A DNA stretch of 64,000 nt from the human T2T-CHM13v2.0 reference genome, Homo sapiens: assembly GCF_009914755.1 (NCBI RefSeq), contig NC_060931.1, one strand, 5' to 3'. The notes below the pieces were generated by a model, which was not told the DNA's origin, did no database searches, and worked only from the letters and a program-made list of their open reading frames with translations. Positions 15,991 through 30,080 of the stretch are shown piece by piece (the first letter of the stretch is position 1; each line of letters starts with the position of its first letter). The position numbers and the translations under genes were made by a program.

Positions 15991-16568
15991 AGAAGTAAAA
16001 TAGGTTGAGGTTAAAGAGTTTGAATATTATCCTTTAAACAAGTCAACTGAATGTTTTAAAATAAAGAGGGGACATGATCAGAAGTTACGGGTTTTTTTAA
16101 ATTGTAGACTGTAGTGTGGAGAACAGATCATTGGGGTTGGGAGGCAGAATGATAATAGATTATTATTTATAATAACGAAAGGCTATAATTTAGTTAAAAT
16201 GTGGCAAAGGCTTGACCTTAGCCAGTAACAGTGGAAAAATTAAAAGTAGGATAAGAAAAACCTGGTAGCCAACTAAATTTGGGTGGAAGGGGAATGGAAG
16301 GGCATAAAAAGGGGAGTATTCAGCGAATTCTAAATGTTCTAACTTAGAATATCTAGAGGGTGACACTATTAGCAAAGAAAAGAAAGGTAAGGGGAGAAGA
16401 CTGGGAGAAGAGAGGACGGAGATAAAAAGGGGTCTAAGTTTGAACTTCTTAAATACATCTTGGTGATACTGAAGTCAAGAAACCCAGTGGGCCTGAAATG
16501 ATGACCAGACTGATTAGAGAAAGATTTTGGAGGTAATACATTTGAGAATTGTTAGCAAGTATATCTTT

Positions 16569-17035
16569 GTATTAGTTAGAATTTTTTTGGTAGCAAAAGA
16601 CAAAAAACTCAAATTGCTTATACAAGTAATGTAAACTCTTTTTGGTCGGTTGTAAAGTCTCTAAAAGTAAGGTGGACTTTCAAGTGTAGTTTAGTTAGGA
16701 CTCCAGTTCTCTTTCTCTCCAATTGTTCTCAACTTGTCTTCTTCCTTGTATCATGTCATCATGGTTTCACTTAGGGTAGCAAAATCATGTAGCAATCCCC
16801 AATTTTATATCTGCATCCCACAAAACCCAGAAAAGAAATATTCTCTTTGCTACTTACTGAACAATAGTGCTAGGCATCTTTCTAGAAGCACTTGGGTGTC
16901 ACACCCACCACTGTCAAGGTTGAAGAGATTTCACTGATTAACATGGAATCAGCACCCCTACCCCAAACTATATGGATACTACATCATGGGGGAAGACCGG
17001 AATTAATGCTGGGGAAGCAATCCCAGTGTCCTCCT
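16569..17035 (-). mobile_element. Old MaLR LTR (MLT1J/K-like)
   Basis: tgtattagttagaatttttttggtagcaa...aaactcaaat terminus; highly diverged. Confidence 0.4.
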
Positions 17036-19148
17036 CAATCTCCTTCCAAGGCTGACAGTGGCTAATTGTTCCACTACGTAGCAGGATGAAGTTTTTATGA
17101 AGTCACATCTGAAAGACAAAAGTATTTTTCTACAATGGACAAACTTTTTAGGATTGAGCTTCCAATATCATCCAAATCCAACTACACTTCCTTACCAGAG
17201 GTAATGACAAAGTAAATATTCAGGCTATATGAGAAACTATATTTAAAATGTAAGTAGTGAATAGTTTTCATAAATGTGAACGAAGAAAATCTAGCAGTGT
17301 TAACTAAGAATTCACTTTCCTCTTCCTCTATCTGCCTCTCACCCCAATCTCTACAGCAACTCAGTAGCCAAAGGACGACACCAAGGAACACAGACCAAAG
17401 AGTCAAAATCTTGGATGGGAGTTCTAAATAAGTTCTGGAAACTCTGGAGCCAAAAGAAAGACAGGGAAAGAGCCGATAAAGCCCTATCACCTGCAGGAAA
17501 CTTCTGGTTGCAATGAGGACACAGAGTGACATGTGCATCCAAGAGGGCACGGCAGGAACATGGAGAGCGAGGGATCTGTAGTAGGGACAAAGGTCAGAAC
17601 AGATTGGCTTCATTTCAAAGGATGCTAGATGAACCCTTTCTTTCCGAAGCCTGGAACTGTTTAGGCCTTCCCCAGATCTTAATTGACACCCCTGGTTCAA
17701 ATAAGTTAGGGAAGAATCCTTAAATGAGTTTAGGTGAATTGTTAACTAGCTTAAGTTTTCTTCTGAGATGGTTAAGAAGGGGTCAAGGTTGAAATGAAGC
17801 TCAACTGTGGGGGAATAAATTTAGTTACATTTCTTGCACACTTGTTTTTGTAATGCATTAAAGAATTTTGTTTAAAGCAAAACTCTAATTCCACACTTGG
17901 CACCATTTGGTAACTTTTTAAAACTAACTCATTATTTCAGACCCCAGTCAATACTATTAATTTTACAACTGCAGAAAAGAAAATCATAAAACTGTACCCT
18001 GTGTCTCATGCAGTGTCACTCTGTAGTCAACAAAAAAGATATTTGCTGGATCAGTGAGTCGAGAGAGAGAAGTGATTTGCCAAATATGGCCCATTAGAGT
18101 ACTAAGAATTTAGGGTTAGGTTTCAGCATTTGTTGCTGTCATTCAAGTACTAAATTTATATTTACTTGGGACAGTGCGTAGAGTTTGAATAGCAGAATCT
18201 AAAGCATGTAAGACACTTTCCTGATTTAGCTCATTTTGAGAGTTATTCTCATTGAGCTAGAATGTTTCAAAAATGGTTAAATACAACTTTTTTGGTACTA
18301 TGATAACTTTTGTTGAGGTAAAATGAGTTAGCAAATAATACTGATATTCTCTTTATCATTTTTAAAATTATCTAATTACTCATTTAGAAGTCACTGTTCT
18401 TGGGATTTCTGGACACAAAACATGCTCAGTAATGGAGGACAATAAATGCTCTCAATTTACAAGTGAAGATGTATGCCTAATTAGACAATAGTAGTAACAT
18501 AAAAAAATAGATGGTTAACACACTTTCTTTTTAAATGTATGTATCAAATCTGTTAATAGCCTTAGAATGGTCTTTTACTAATAAAAGGACATAAAATTAA
18601 GGTTTAAAAATGTAGATATCTAACTAAATTAAGGCATTCAAATGAGCTAAATTTATACCAATGGGATCACACTTACAAATCTGGGAGAAATTACTTTACT
18701 TCTAAGTAAAGACATTGCAACATCCCTGGGAAAAATTAACACTGATCTTACAGGAGGCTACTGAGTAGGAAAATGAATGACAAAGTCTAGGAAATCATAC
18801 TGTGGCTGAATGATTAACAGAAATGCATCTGTGAAAGTTAGAAGGAGATTCCGAGGAATGACAAGTATACATAATATATGTACTTACATATTAAAAAAAT
18901 GCAAATTATCATGACTGTACAATTGGAACTACTTTTCAAGTGTGGGGATTATAGTTTGAGTGGTGTCTGGTGGAATACATTCTCCAACCCATCATCAAAG
19001 TGTGTCACATCCTCACTCTTTCCACTTTGGGTTTATAGTTTAGATGCCTGTGCTACATACAAAAAGAAAAGAATGTATTTTTGAGGAGCCCTGGCTCAGA
19101 AATCATAGCTTTGGTGTTCATTTTACTGCTTTTGGGGGACAAATCTTT

Positions 19149-20047
19149 TTTTATATATATACTTTAAGTTCTAGGGTACCTGCGCACAACGTGCAGGTTT
19201 GTTACATATGTATCCACGTGCCATGTTGGTGTGCTGCACCCATTAACTCGTCATTTAACATTAGGTGTATCTCCTAATGCTATCCCTCCCCCTCCCCCAA
19301 CCCTACGACAGGCCCCGGTGTGTGGTATTCCCCACCCTGTGTCCAAGTGTTCTCACTGTTCAACTCCCACCTATGAGTGAGAACATGCGGTGTTTGGTTT
19401 TCTGTCCTTGCAATAGTTTGCTCAGAATGATGGTTTCCAGCTTCATCCATGTCCCTACAAAGTAGGACATGAACTCATCATTTTTTATGGCTGCATAGTA
19501 TTCCATGGTGTATATGTGCCACATTTTCTTAATCCAGTCTATCACTGATGGACATTTGGGTTGGTTCCAAGACTTTGCTATTGTGAATAGTGCCACAATA
19601 AACATACATGTGCATGTGTCTTTATAGCAGCATGATTTATAATCCTTTGGGTATATACCCAGTAATGGGATGGCTGGGTCAAATGGCATTTCTAGTTCTA
19701 GATCCCTGAGGAATCGCCACACTGTCTTCCACAATGGTTGAACTAGTTTACAGTCCCACCAACAGTGCAAAAGTGTTCCTATTTCTCCACATCCTCTCCA
19801 GTACCTGTTGTTTGCTGACTTTTTAATGATTGCCATTCTAACTGGTGTGAGATGGTATCTCATTGTGGTTTTGATTTGCATTTCTTTAATGGCCAGTGAT
19901 GATGAGCATTTTTTCATGTGTCTGTTGGCTGCATAAATGTCTTCTTTTGAGAAGTGTCTGTTCATATCCTTCACCCACTTTTTGATCGGGTTGATTTTTT
20001 CTTGTCAGTTTTTCTTGTTTAAGTTCTTTGTAGATTCTGGATATTAG
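19149..20047 (-). mobile_element. L1PA4/5-like 3' fragment
   Basis: ORF2 C-terminus (ORF 19360..19974) plus 3'UTR; ~18-bp TSD ttttgggg(g)acaa(a/g)tcttt at both ends. Confidence 0.9.
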
Positions 20048-21081
20048 TTTTGGGGACAAGTCTTTATCTGTTTCAATCTTAGAATTTTTTTGTCTCATTA
20101 ATTTGTTAATTTTATGCTTTCCACTTTCTTTTCAACTTTATCCAGATAATTCCTCCCAAAAAATAAATATTCAATAACTATAATGAATCAATGTATGTTT
20201 TAGTAATTTCATATGATAGGTCCACATATATAAACACTATCATAACAATTAATTACCCTACTTACTACCCCTCTATAAATATGATAAAGAGGCCTTACTG
20301 GCAGATCTGTTAATGACAGTTTTCTGTCCCACCAAAGAATGTGATTGATATAGACAAAGAGTTGCAGCACGGCTCAAATTAACAACTGCCTGACAGGTGT
20401 CTTCAACTCTGCTCAAGTGAATTCTGTGACATCTGCTTACCAGAGAGCACACATATAAGGTGTGTGAGCTCACTTTGCTAGACTATGAAAATGCATTTGA
20501 AATCCAAAGAGGAAGTAGAAAATGAATTTGACAACCATATTTGAATATCTTTCCTTGGGTTAGAGCTTCTCATATCACTAAATAAGCAAAGTAAGATATG
20601 AGTACACCAAATGACTCATAATATTTCTTTACTTCTATAAAATGTAATCCTCTATCTCTCAAATATTGAAAGACTACTACTGTTATTTATTAATTGATTT
20701 TTTTCTTGATGGTCTGCACATTGGTCACAAAAATGTCTAGTAAGAGCAATGCTTGCTAAAATTTTTGAATGAAGATTCCTTTTAACAATGATACCAATTT
20801 ATGCTATTATAAATTCATGAAGATTTCCAAATACAATTTATTAGTAACAACAGCATTGACATACAGTTGGAAAATTGCAAAAATTATTATTTTTAGACAA
20901 TTTAGGTGGGAGAAAGATAAATAAGACACAGCATCTGCACTTTACATACTATAGTGTATTAAATAAGAGTTCTCTGGATAAGTGTTAATTAATGCAACTC
21001 TATTCCTGGGGACTAGACACTGTAGAACATAGTATTTGTTCAATAAATCATTTTTGAACAAATAATCATTTCTATTGAACT

Positions 21082-21157
21082 GATATAGCCCATCTATCCC
21101 TGATAGATTAGGGATTCTATGCCTAATAGATATAGCCCATCTATCCCTGATAGATTA
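21082..21157 (+). repeat. 29-bp direct repeat with an 18-bp spacer
   Basis: gatatagcccatctatccctgatagatta at 21082-21110 and 21129-21157. Confidence 0.95.
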
Positions 21158-21246
21158 TCTTCTAAAATACCTAGAAGATATTCCTCCTTCAATAATCTTC
21201 AATGGCTCCCAACTTCCATCAGAATAAAATATATTCTTTGCATTAA

Positions 21247-21690
<444 letters not shown>

Positions 21691-22751
21691 TGACTTACTA
21701 ATGTATGATACTTTGTATGACATCTGAATATATGAAACTCTTTGAACCTCTCTTTTTACTAAATAAAGGTAATTAATACCTGGGGGAAGTTGTAAACATA
21801 ATAATAAAGATACACTTAGCACATACGGCACAGAACAGATCCTGGACATGTACTCTGATACTGTTGAGATAACTTTCTCTCTTTTTTCAATCAAGTTGTA
21901 TACTTTCTACTTTTGTTTAGTGTTTTCTTCCTTCTAACCTTGGACTGGAAAATCCACCCTATTGTACTTGGGCCTAAATCCTATTCCATTCTGTAAGTCA
22001 AATTGAAAGCTACCATTTTACATAAGCACCGTATTCAGGTACCAGGCAGTTGTAAACACAGCGTAGTCAACTAATTACAGATGGTCCCAAGAAATTTTAT
22101 GTACACAGAGAAGACAATTTAAGGCAATTTTAAGCTACCAACAAAGCTTCAAAGATACTAAAGCTTTAAGAGAAAAGACGTGATGGGGAGGATGGCAAAC
22201 CAACAACACGGTTAACTTCATAAATGTCATAGCTTCTGTGAAGGCTCTGTGACCTCATGAGCCCAGAGTTGTCACTCTTTTTTTTTTTGCATTCATTATT
22301 GAACTATTGTACCTAGCTGTGAGGCACACACAGCTTTGAAATATTAATTATTTCTTTGGCTATATCTATAAGTTCCCCAGCTTGTAATTACTTGAGAACA
22401 AATAAAAGGCCAAAATCCATAGTCTTTCCAGTGCCTTCTATATAGTAGGTATTCAACCAACATTTGAGTGACTATTACTTGTAGATTATCAGATACTGAA
22501 AGTCTTGTGACTTTTTTTCAATTATGTTAGTACATTTTAAAATGTTTTTTCTGCAAGTCATGCAAGCCAAATATATGTGGATGTAAATAATTCTGAATGC
22601 ACCTTACAGAGTTCCCCAATTTTTTAAAGGTCTATTTCTTCTGGTAGCCTCTTAATACAGGAAACTGAAATATGAAGAAATAAAGTGTGGTACCCAACAT
22701 GATGCAAGTATTGGCAAAAGCAGAAACTAGTTACTGTTAGGTTCTCCTATT

Positions 22752-22915
22752 CAGTGATTCTCAACTTTGGCTACACACTAAAATCATCTGGGTAAATTCT
22801 TAAAAATACCAATGCCAGGCCAATTATCCTCATCTCTAGGGTAGGGCCAAGGCGCTGGTAACTTTTTTAAATTCCCCAGGCGATTCAAATGTGTATCTGT
22901 GGTATAAAGCCACTG
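22752..22915. mobile_element. MER5-family hAT-Charlie element
   Basis: cagtgattctcaactttggct ... agccactg terminal repeats. Confidence 0.7.
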
Positions 22916-23017
22916 TACCTCTCGTAATTCCAATGTACAATGTGATTGCTGAGAGTTCCTGAGAAAATCATTGCCTAAGGTCTCTTTCGCACACTATCGT
23001 TTTCTGGGTTTTAAATA

Positions 23018-23355
23018 CAGTCATGCAACACTTAATGATAGGGATACATTCTGAGATATGCATTGTTAGGCGATTTTGTCATTGTGCAAATATCATAGAG
23101 TGTACTTATACAAACCTAGATAGCATAGCCTACTACACATCTAAGTTGTATGGTATAGCCTACTGCTCCTAGGCTACAAACAACACGCTACGGTACTGAA
23201 TACTGTAGGCAACTGTAACATAATGATAAGTGTCTGTATATTTAAACATATGTCAACATAGAAAGCTACAGAAAAATAAAGTATTATAATCTCATGGGAC
23301 CACTGCCATATATGGGGCCCATCATTGAATAAAATGTCATTATTTGGTGCATGTA
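23018..23355 (+). mobile_element. Tigger3a-like DNA transposon
   Basis: ta|cagtcatgc..cttaatga..gggatacattctgaga.atgcattgttaggcgattttgtcattgtgc. Confidence 0.8.
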
Positions 23356-23752
23356 TTTGAAACCGTGCATCTTAAACTATTACACTTACTTTTCTCCTGA
23401 GTAGCATGCTTTAGATAAACCTCTAAGTAATAGTTCCTCTAGTTTCTTCAGAAACATAAACACACATGCAGAATTTTAGTAGAAAAAAAGATGCTCTACT
23501 TTATTACAAGAAAAGGTATGTTTGTGTGATTTGAGACTTTTACAATATCTGCTTAGGTTGTGTAGGGGAGGCCCTAAAATATACCTTTTCATCCTTTCCT
23601 TATGAATCAATCCATCATAGCGGTTTACCTAATCCATTTTTATTAAATATTGTTTATCACTTCTGTACTGCTATCTATCCAACATCTTTCATTCTGATTG
23701 GCTTAGCCTTAAGAAAAAACTAACGCATGTTAACAGGCAGTAGAAAAATTAC

Positions 23753-23940
23753 CTCTTTCATGAGCTCAGTGGTCTGAAGGTGCACGCTACATCAGGGGTG
23801 GCTGATGCCAGGTGGCTGGCTTGCGACACTTAGGAAGTCCCTCACACCTGTCAAGGGAGGCAGACTGCAAGAGAGAAGGCGAGTCTGACTGAGCAGGCGC
23901 GTAAGGGCAAATCCTGCTCCCAACTGCTGCTAGCAGAGCT
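23753..23940 (-). other. Candidate 188-nt cryptic/poison exon in intron 1
   Basis: Acceptor ttctgccttccccgtgcttttgtcgctttatttttag|AGC and donor GAG|gtaatt flank a GC- and CpG-enriched, non-repeat block. Confidence 0.5.
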
Positions 23941-24489
23941 CTAAAAATAAAGCGACAAAAGCACGGGGAAGGCAGAATGAATTCTTAACACTTGTACTCT
24001 TCTATTTCTGTCTGTTACGAAGCAGGTGATCTCAGTACCAAGCGATGAGTCTTTTAACTTTCTATATCCCTCACTTTCAGAAATGATCCTCATGACTGCA
24101 TTCATTCCAGCTGTTTCAAATTCATAATCATAAAAGGAATCTTTTTTAATCTTTCGAGACTGCCCTCTCTCTCATAGGATTACATTCTAAAATAAGCTTC
24201 TTTGATATTCATTTGCCTATTTCACTTTGAAGATATTTTTTCACATGTATTATTCTGGAAAACAAAATGTTTATTCCTTTAATACTTTATATATTCTTTG
24301 AGAGAAGCAAGAGTTTTAAAAGCCATTCCTTTATCTAGAGAGTGTCTTCCAGGTAACAATCACTAGCCTAGAGAAAGTGAAAGTATGAACTTGTTAGCAA
24401 CATCTTTTAATGGCCCTCCAAGTAAGGCCATATTTATTATAAATGTTATTTTAAATAATCTGGTGCCTGAGCAGCTCTGCGTGAGAGGG

Positions 24490-24740
24490 GAATGCAATGT
24501 AGTGGTTGAGAGAAAGTTTGAAATCAGATAGACCTGAGTTATAGCCCTGCCCCACTATTACTGTCTATATAGTCCAGAACAGGTGATTTATTAACTGCTC
24601 AATACTTCAGTGTCTTCATTTATAAAAACGAAAATAACATATTTCCCTGTTTTATAGAATTGAGACCAGAATTAAATAATATAAGCAAAACACTACCATA
24701 CTGCTTGGTATCTAGTACTCAATAGATGACACCAATTATT
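24490..24740 (+). mobile_element. MIR
   Basis: gtagtggttgaga...aaatcagatagacctgagtt...cttcagtgtcttcatttataaaa core. Confidence 0.65.
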
Positions 24741-25146
24741 ATTATTGCTAACAACAAATTGTTAACCAAATAAACAGCTGATGATTCAAAAGATAAAGAA
24801 GTAATATTATTTAAAATATATTGCTGACATTTTAAAATAAGCACCTATATGTACATCCAAGAATCTAAAACCTCAAAGCCTATTCTCCATACAGGTATGC
24901 GGACACCTTGCCTCTTCCCATTCTTTCTGGTATATGGAGCAGAAGAACTAGAAGTAGAAAATATCTTGGGGAATTTTTCCTGAGTAGCAGTCTTCACTGG
25001 AGACACTTCTGCATTTTAATGCATTTCTCGCAATAGGCATGCACAGGACATGTCTAAATTTGCTGAGAAGTAAAAAAAAAATTCACAGCAATTCAGAGTA
25101 CCTCAGGATGTTAAACTCCTTACCTCAAGCCAAACGAAAACTAAAT

Positions 25147-25149
<3 letters not shown>

Positions 25150-25179
<30 letters not shown>
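25150..25179 (+). repeat. (CA)n microsatellite
   Basis: About 15 AC units. Confidence 0.95.
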
Positions 25180-25181
<2 letters not shown>

Positions 25182-25407
25182 CCCATTATCTGGATTTGCA
25201 AATCCCCAAAAAACCCTCTTTCATAGTTAATCATTACCACTTTACCTAAATCTCAAATGGTGCTGCTGAGCTGCCATCCACATAGGTGTCACCAAACACA
25301 TGACAAGTCATTTTTAAATATAAACTTTGATCAAGACACCAGGCCTGTATATATACTTCAAAACATCAGGTACATAATAAATATATACAATGTTATCTGT
25401 GCATTAA

Positions 25408-25835
<428 letters not shown>

Positions 25836-25941
25836 TAGTGCTTGTAACTATTTAAACCATTTCCTCTGATTTGGTTCTCAAAGAATGTGGAAATCATTTG
25901 TTAGTCTCTTGGTAACTGCTCAGTTTATTTCTGAAAGATAT

Positions 25942-26008
25942 ACCAAGAATTGATGATTTTCTAATCAGAAAATATCACGATCTGATCAGAAAATCATCAA
26001 TTCTTGGT
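25942..26008. repeat. 28-bp inverted repeat with an 11-nt loop
   Basis: Arms accaagaattgatgattttctaatcaga and tctgatcagaaaatcatcaattcttggt; 27/28 complementary. Confidence 0.95.
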
Positions 26009-28504
26009 CTAAGTGGTGAAAATTATGCAGAAATCTATGTTAAAAAGTACTTGATATTCAAAAAGTCTATTTAGAGTGAACATTATACATCTCCCTTGAA
26101 ATTATCAAAACATTTTGTTAAATTCAGAATTAATTCAGAATTAATAACAGAAACATTTCCCGTTATTTTTCTCAAATGACAAAAGGAGAAAGCTCTAAAG
26201 TGTTTATAAGCCATTCAAATAAGCATTAACAGTTTGTTAAAAGTATTTAGTTTGCTAAATTCTCTTAACTGTAATAATTTAATCTTAAAAATTAGAGAAG
26301 TACTATTATTTGAATTAGTCCCATATCTATATATTATTTCTATGTTTTCATGTCGAACAGATTTTGATAAGACTACCTCAGTATTTCTCATATAACATCT
26401 CCAAGTAGTTCGTAATTGAACATTTCTTAGTCAATCGCTTTTAATCTTTTATATTTTGTCTGAGGAACAATTTTTATATCTGTGCAAAAGAAACTTCATA
26501 TTAATTTATTAATTTTTCATCTCTAATATTTAACATTTACCCAAGGAAAATGGGTTATCAGCAAGTTTATTTCTACTCATGCCCTGGTTTCTCTGCCAAA
26601 GAATTGTTGTGTCTGCATTTTCAGGCCAGGGCTGTGAAGTGCCTCTTCAGAGTCTTCCCACCTCTGCCTGGCTGCAGAGCTTCACTCTCATGACCCACAT
26701 CTCCCTGGGGAGCCCCAGGACAATGGCTGACATTGGGTTTGGCTCTCAAGCCCCATCATTCCTTAGGAAAATAAATGGACTTGTTCTATTATTCATACTT
26801 GGCAGAAAAACATTTGTTGAGATATTACCATTCTTTCCCAAACAGCTCCATTATAAACAATGAGTCTTAATTGCAGTCAAATCCTTTGTAAAGACAAAGT
26901 AATTTAGGAAAAATATAAAGCTTTTAAGGTGGTAGATGTAAATACTTAATGTGTTAATTATTGTTAAAATGAGCCTATAAGTGATCTAAGAAACAATCTT
27001 GTTCTATTGGCTTTGTTTCTTCAGAGACTAAATACTGCTTGAACTATGATGGGAAATGCTTATTAAATTATTTGATTAATATATACACACATATATACTC
27101 ACTAATACAGAATGTAATATATATATAAAATGAAAATATACCATGAATTATTTTATTAATGATATACTATCCTGAATAAAAGTTTAACTAATGAAGTACT
27201 AGAATAATAATCTGAGATGTAATAATAATACAGTCAAAATTTTATTTAGTTGGTCAACAAATAAACCTGGAGGCTATTTATGTAGCAAAATCATAGCATG
27301 CAATTACTGGTGTCTGCACTTCATCACTTCTAATGATGTCCAAACTTCATTTCAATTACAAGATGAGCTCAGAAAAAGCAGTCCTCAAGCAGCCCATTCA
27401 CCAACCTAAAGGCAAGATTAATGGTATAAATTCCAAGATGATGGCTTACTGAAAAAGATGAATAGCCTGATATCACATGTAAACATTGTGCTCTACAGTC
27501 TTCAAAGTATTCACATATACATTGCCTCATTTGAAAGTCACAACAACACATGGTGCTAGAGAAGAGAGTGAATTTGAATGCATTTTACTGATGAGGAATA
27601 GAGACTCAGAGATGTTTATTGCTGTACCCAAGGACCCCTGGCTAGTATGAAATGCCACAATCACATCTGACCCCACACACATATTACAGAAGTGGTTAAG
27701 GAAACATGAAACAAACGTGGCGAAAGAAATAAATAGTGGGAAGACCTACTAAACCTAACTATGGACAATAATCTATTGCATACTAATTTGTGGGAAGCAA
27801 GAGCAGCAGTGAGTATTAAAAGCATGTATAGAGCATTCCATCCAGGGAGGCCAGGGTAAACATAGTGTCAAGTCCTGAAAGAGAAGGCACACCACATTGA
27901 TTCAGGCTACAAGTGATTCTGATCCATTCGAAGGAGGTGTATGTGTCCAGAATGTTTATTGTAAAAATATCTTCTTCAAGAAGTTGAACTTAACACTCAA
28001 CAGCCAGCACTAACAGCTCAAAGTGAGCCTGGACTTTGATTCTACATGTCCATACACCCTAGAAGTGGACACCTCCGTAAAATTGACTGTTTAGTGCACT
28101 GGTTATAGCTACTCATTCATACTTATAATCACATCATTATCATTCTGACAATGCACATATTAACAAATTCATATTATCTTAACTTAAAATGTCCCAAAAT
28201 AGAAGGAACTATTCTCACATTACCTTATTTAGGGGAAGAAGAAAAACAACTTTCTAAATTAGCTCCCTTTTTTATTAAACAAGTCTTTAAAAGCCTAACG
28301 TTTCTCTTTATTTCTTGGGAAATCTGTCTGACAAGAATTATCCTATTCACCCATTACACATTTTCCAAACCTGGAGCAGATCCCCTGTGGTTGCACCACA
28401 GAAGAGTACAGGAAGACACATCAGATACAAATCTCTTTGTCCAAGAATGCTAGAAAAAATCCCTAGGCATGAAGTCTGCAAGTTGCATAAAAATACCTGA
28501 AAAT

Positions 28505-28801
28505 GGCCTGGCATGGTGGCTCACATCTGTAATCCCAGCACTTTGGGAGGCCGAGATGGGCGGATCACCTGAGGTCAGGAGTTCCAGACCAGCCTGGCCA
28601 ACATGATGAAACCCCGTCTCTACTAAAAACACAAAAATTAGCTGGGCATGGTGGTGGGTGCCTGTGGTCCCTGCTACTTGGGAGGCTGGGGCAGGAGAAT
28701 CACTTGAACCCAGGAGGCATTGCAATGAGCTGAGATCACGCCACTGCACTCTAGCCTGGGCGACAAGAGTGAAACTCCATCTAAAAAAAAACAAAAAAAA
28801 A
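28505..28801 (+). mobile_element. Alu (AluSx/Sq)
   Basis: Full dimer with a small right-arm deletion. Confidence 0.92.
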
Positions 28802-29188
28802 CCCTGAAATTTTGGTCTGTAGGACCTAATAAACAGGCAACATTGCATGTATTCTCGCTCTGGTCAGGTAGGTTATGTATGACTCTTACCCAGTCATAGG
28901 CTGTGTGCCACATAAGACTTTGAATTTTGTCTTTAGCTTAATGCACTGCATCTTTTTTTTTTCTTTAATCAGGCTTACTGCTTTAGATTTAGATTAATCT
29001 TAATTTAATTAATGTATATTTTCTTATAAGAGAAAAAAATGCCCAGAAGAAAAGCAAGATGGATGAATCAGTGTGTGTAGATCAGTATGTGTACACATAG
29101 CCAGTAAAAGATCATATTTTGGAATCCAAACACAGGAAAGATTGAATACTAAATAAAGGAATTATTTTAGAATTCCTTTAGAATTACA

Positions 29189-29494
29189 GGTGTGAGGTGG
29201 CTCACACCTGTAATCCCAGCTCTTTGGGAGGCCAAGACGGGTGGATTGCTTGAGGTCAAGAATTCAAGACCAGTCTGACCAACATGGTGAAACCTCATCT
29301 CTACTAAAAATACAAAAATTAGCTGGTCGTGATGGCGGGCACCTGTAATCCCAGCTACTCGGGAGGGTGAAGTAGGAGAATCACTTCAACCTGGGAGGCA
29401 GAGGTTGCAGTTAGCTGAGATCGTGCCACTGCACTCCAACATGGGTAACAGCGCGAGACTCTGTCTCAAAAAATAATAATAATAATAATAATAA
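29189..29494 (+). mobile_element. Alu (AluS) with (AAT)n tail
   Basis: Alu dimer consensus. Confidence 0.9.
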
Positions 29495-29627
29495 AGAATT
29501 TAAAAATCTCATTTAAAATGTAATCATTGTAATAATTGTGGTATATGACAGTATGCTCCACCAGTCCTTAAATGACTGAATAGTGATGTCATGAGCATCC
29601 CAACAGAGCAGCAAAAAGAAGGTAATG

Positions 29628-30080
29628 ATGTCTGGATTCGTTTGCTCAGGCTACCATAACAAACTATTGTCAACCAGGTGGCTTAAAACAACATAAATGT
29701 ATTGTCTCAGGGTTCAGGACACTAGAAGTCTGAAATTAAGGTGTCGGCAGGGTCATACTCCCTCTGAGAGCTCTCAGGGAAGATCTGTTCAAGTTCTCTC
29801 CCCTTGCTACTAGTAATTCTTTGGTGTATGGCAGCATAACTCCAGCCTTCACATGCACTCTCTATTTATAGCAATGATCCTGTGTACATGTCTGTGTCCA
29901 AATTCTTCCTTTTTATAAGGACATGCATCATATTGAATTAAGGGCCCACCCTACTCTAATATGATCTGATCCTAACTAGTTACATCTGCAAAGACCCAAT
30001 TTCAAAATAAGGTCACATTCTGAAGTACTGGGGGTTAGAAATTCAACACAGGAATTTTGGGGGAGCACAAGTCAACCCAT
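29628..30080 (-). mobile_element. MaLR LTR (MLT1B/C-like)
   Basis: ggtggcttaaaacaac...aataaggtcacattctgaagtactgggggttag...caacccat. Confidence 0.75.

Noticed and set aside
17182-17700. 172-aa minus-strand ORF in non-repeat DNA
   Set aside because: No recognisable domain and no convincing splice or Kozak context; consistent with chance.
19360-19974. 204-aa ORF
   Set aside because: L1 ORF2 remnant within a 5'-truncated element.
21082-21157. Repeat-spacer-repeat resembling a CRISPR unit
   Set aside because: Only two repeats, the spacer is derived from the repeat, the context is a primate intron, and there are no cas genes.
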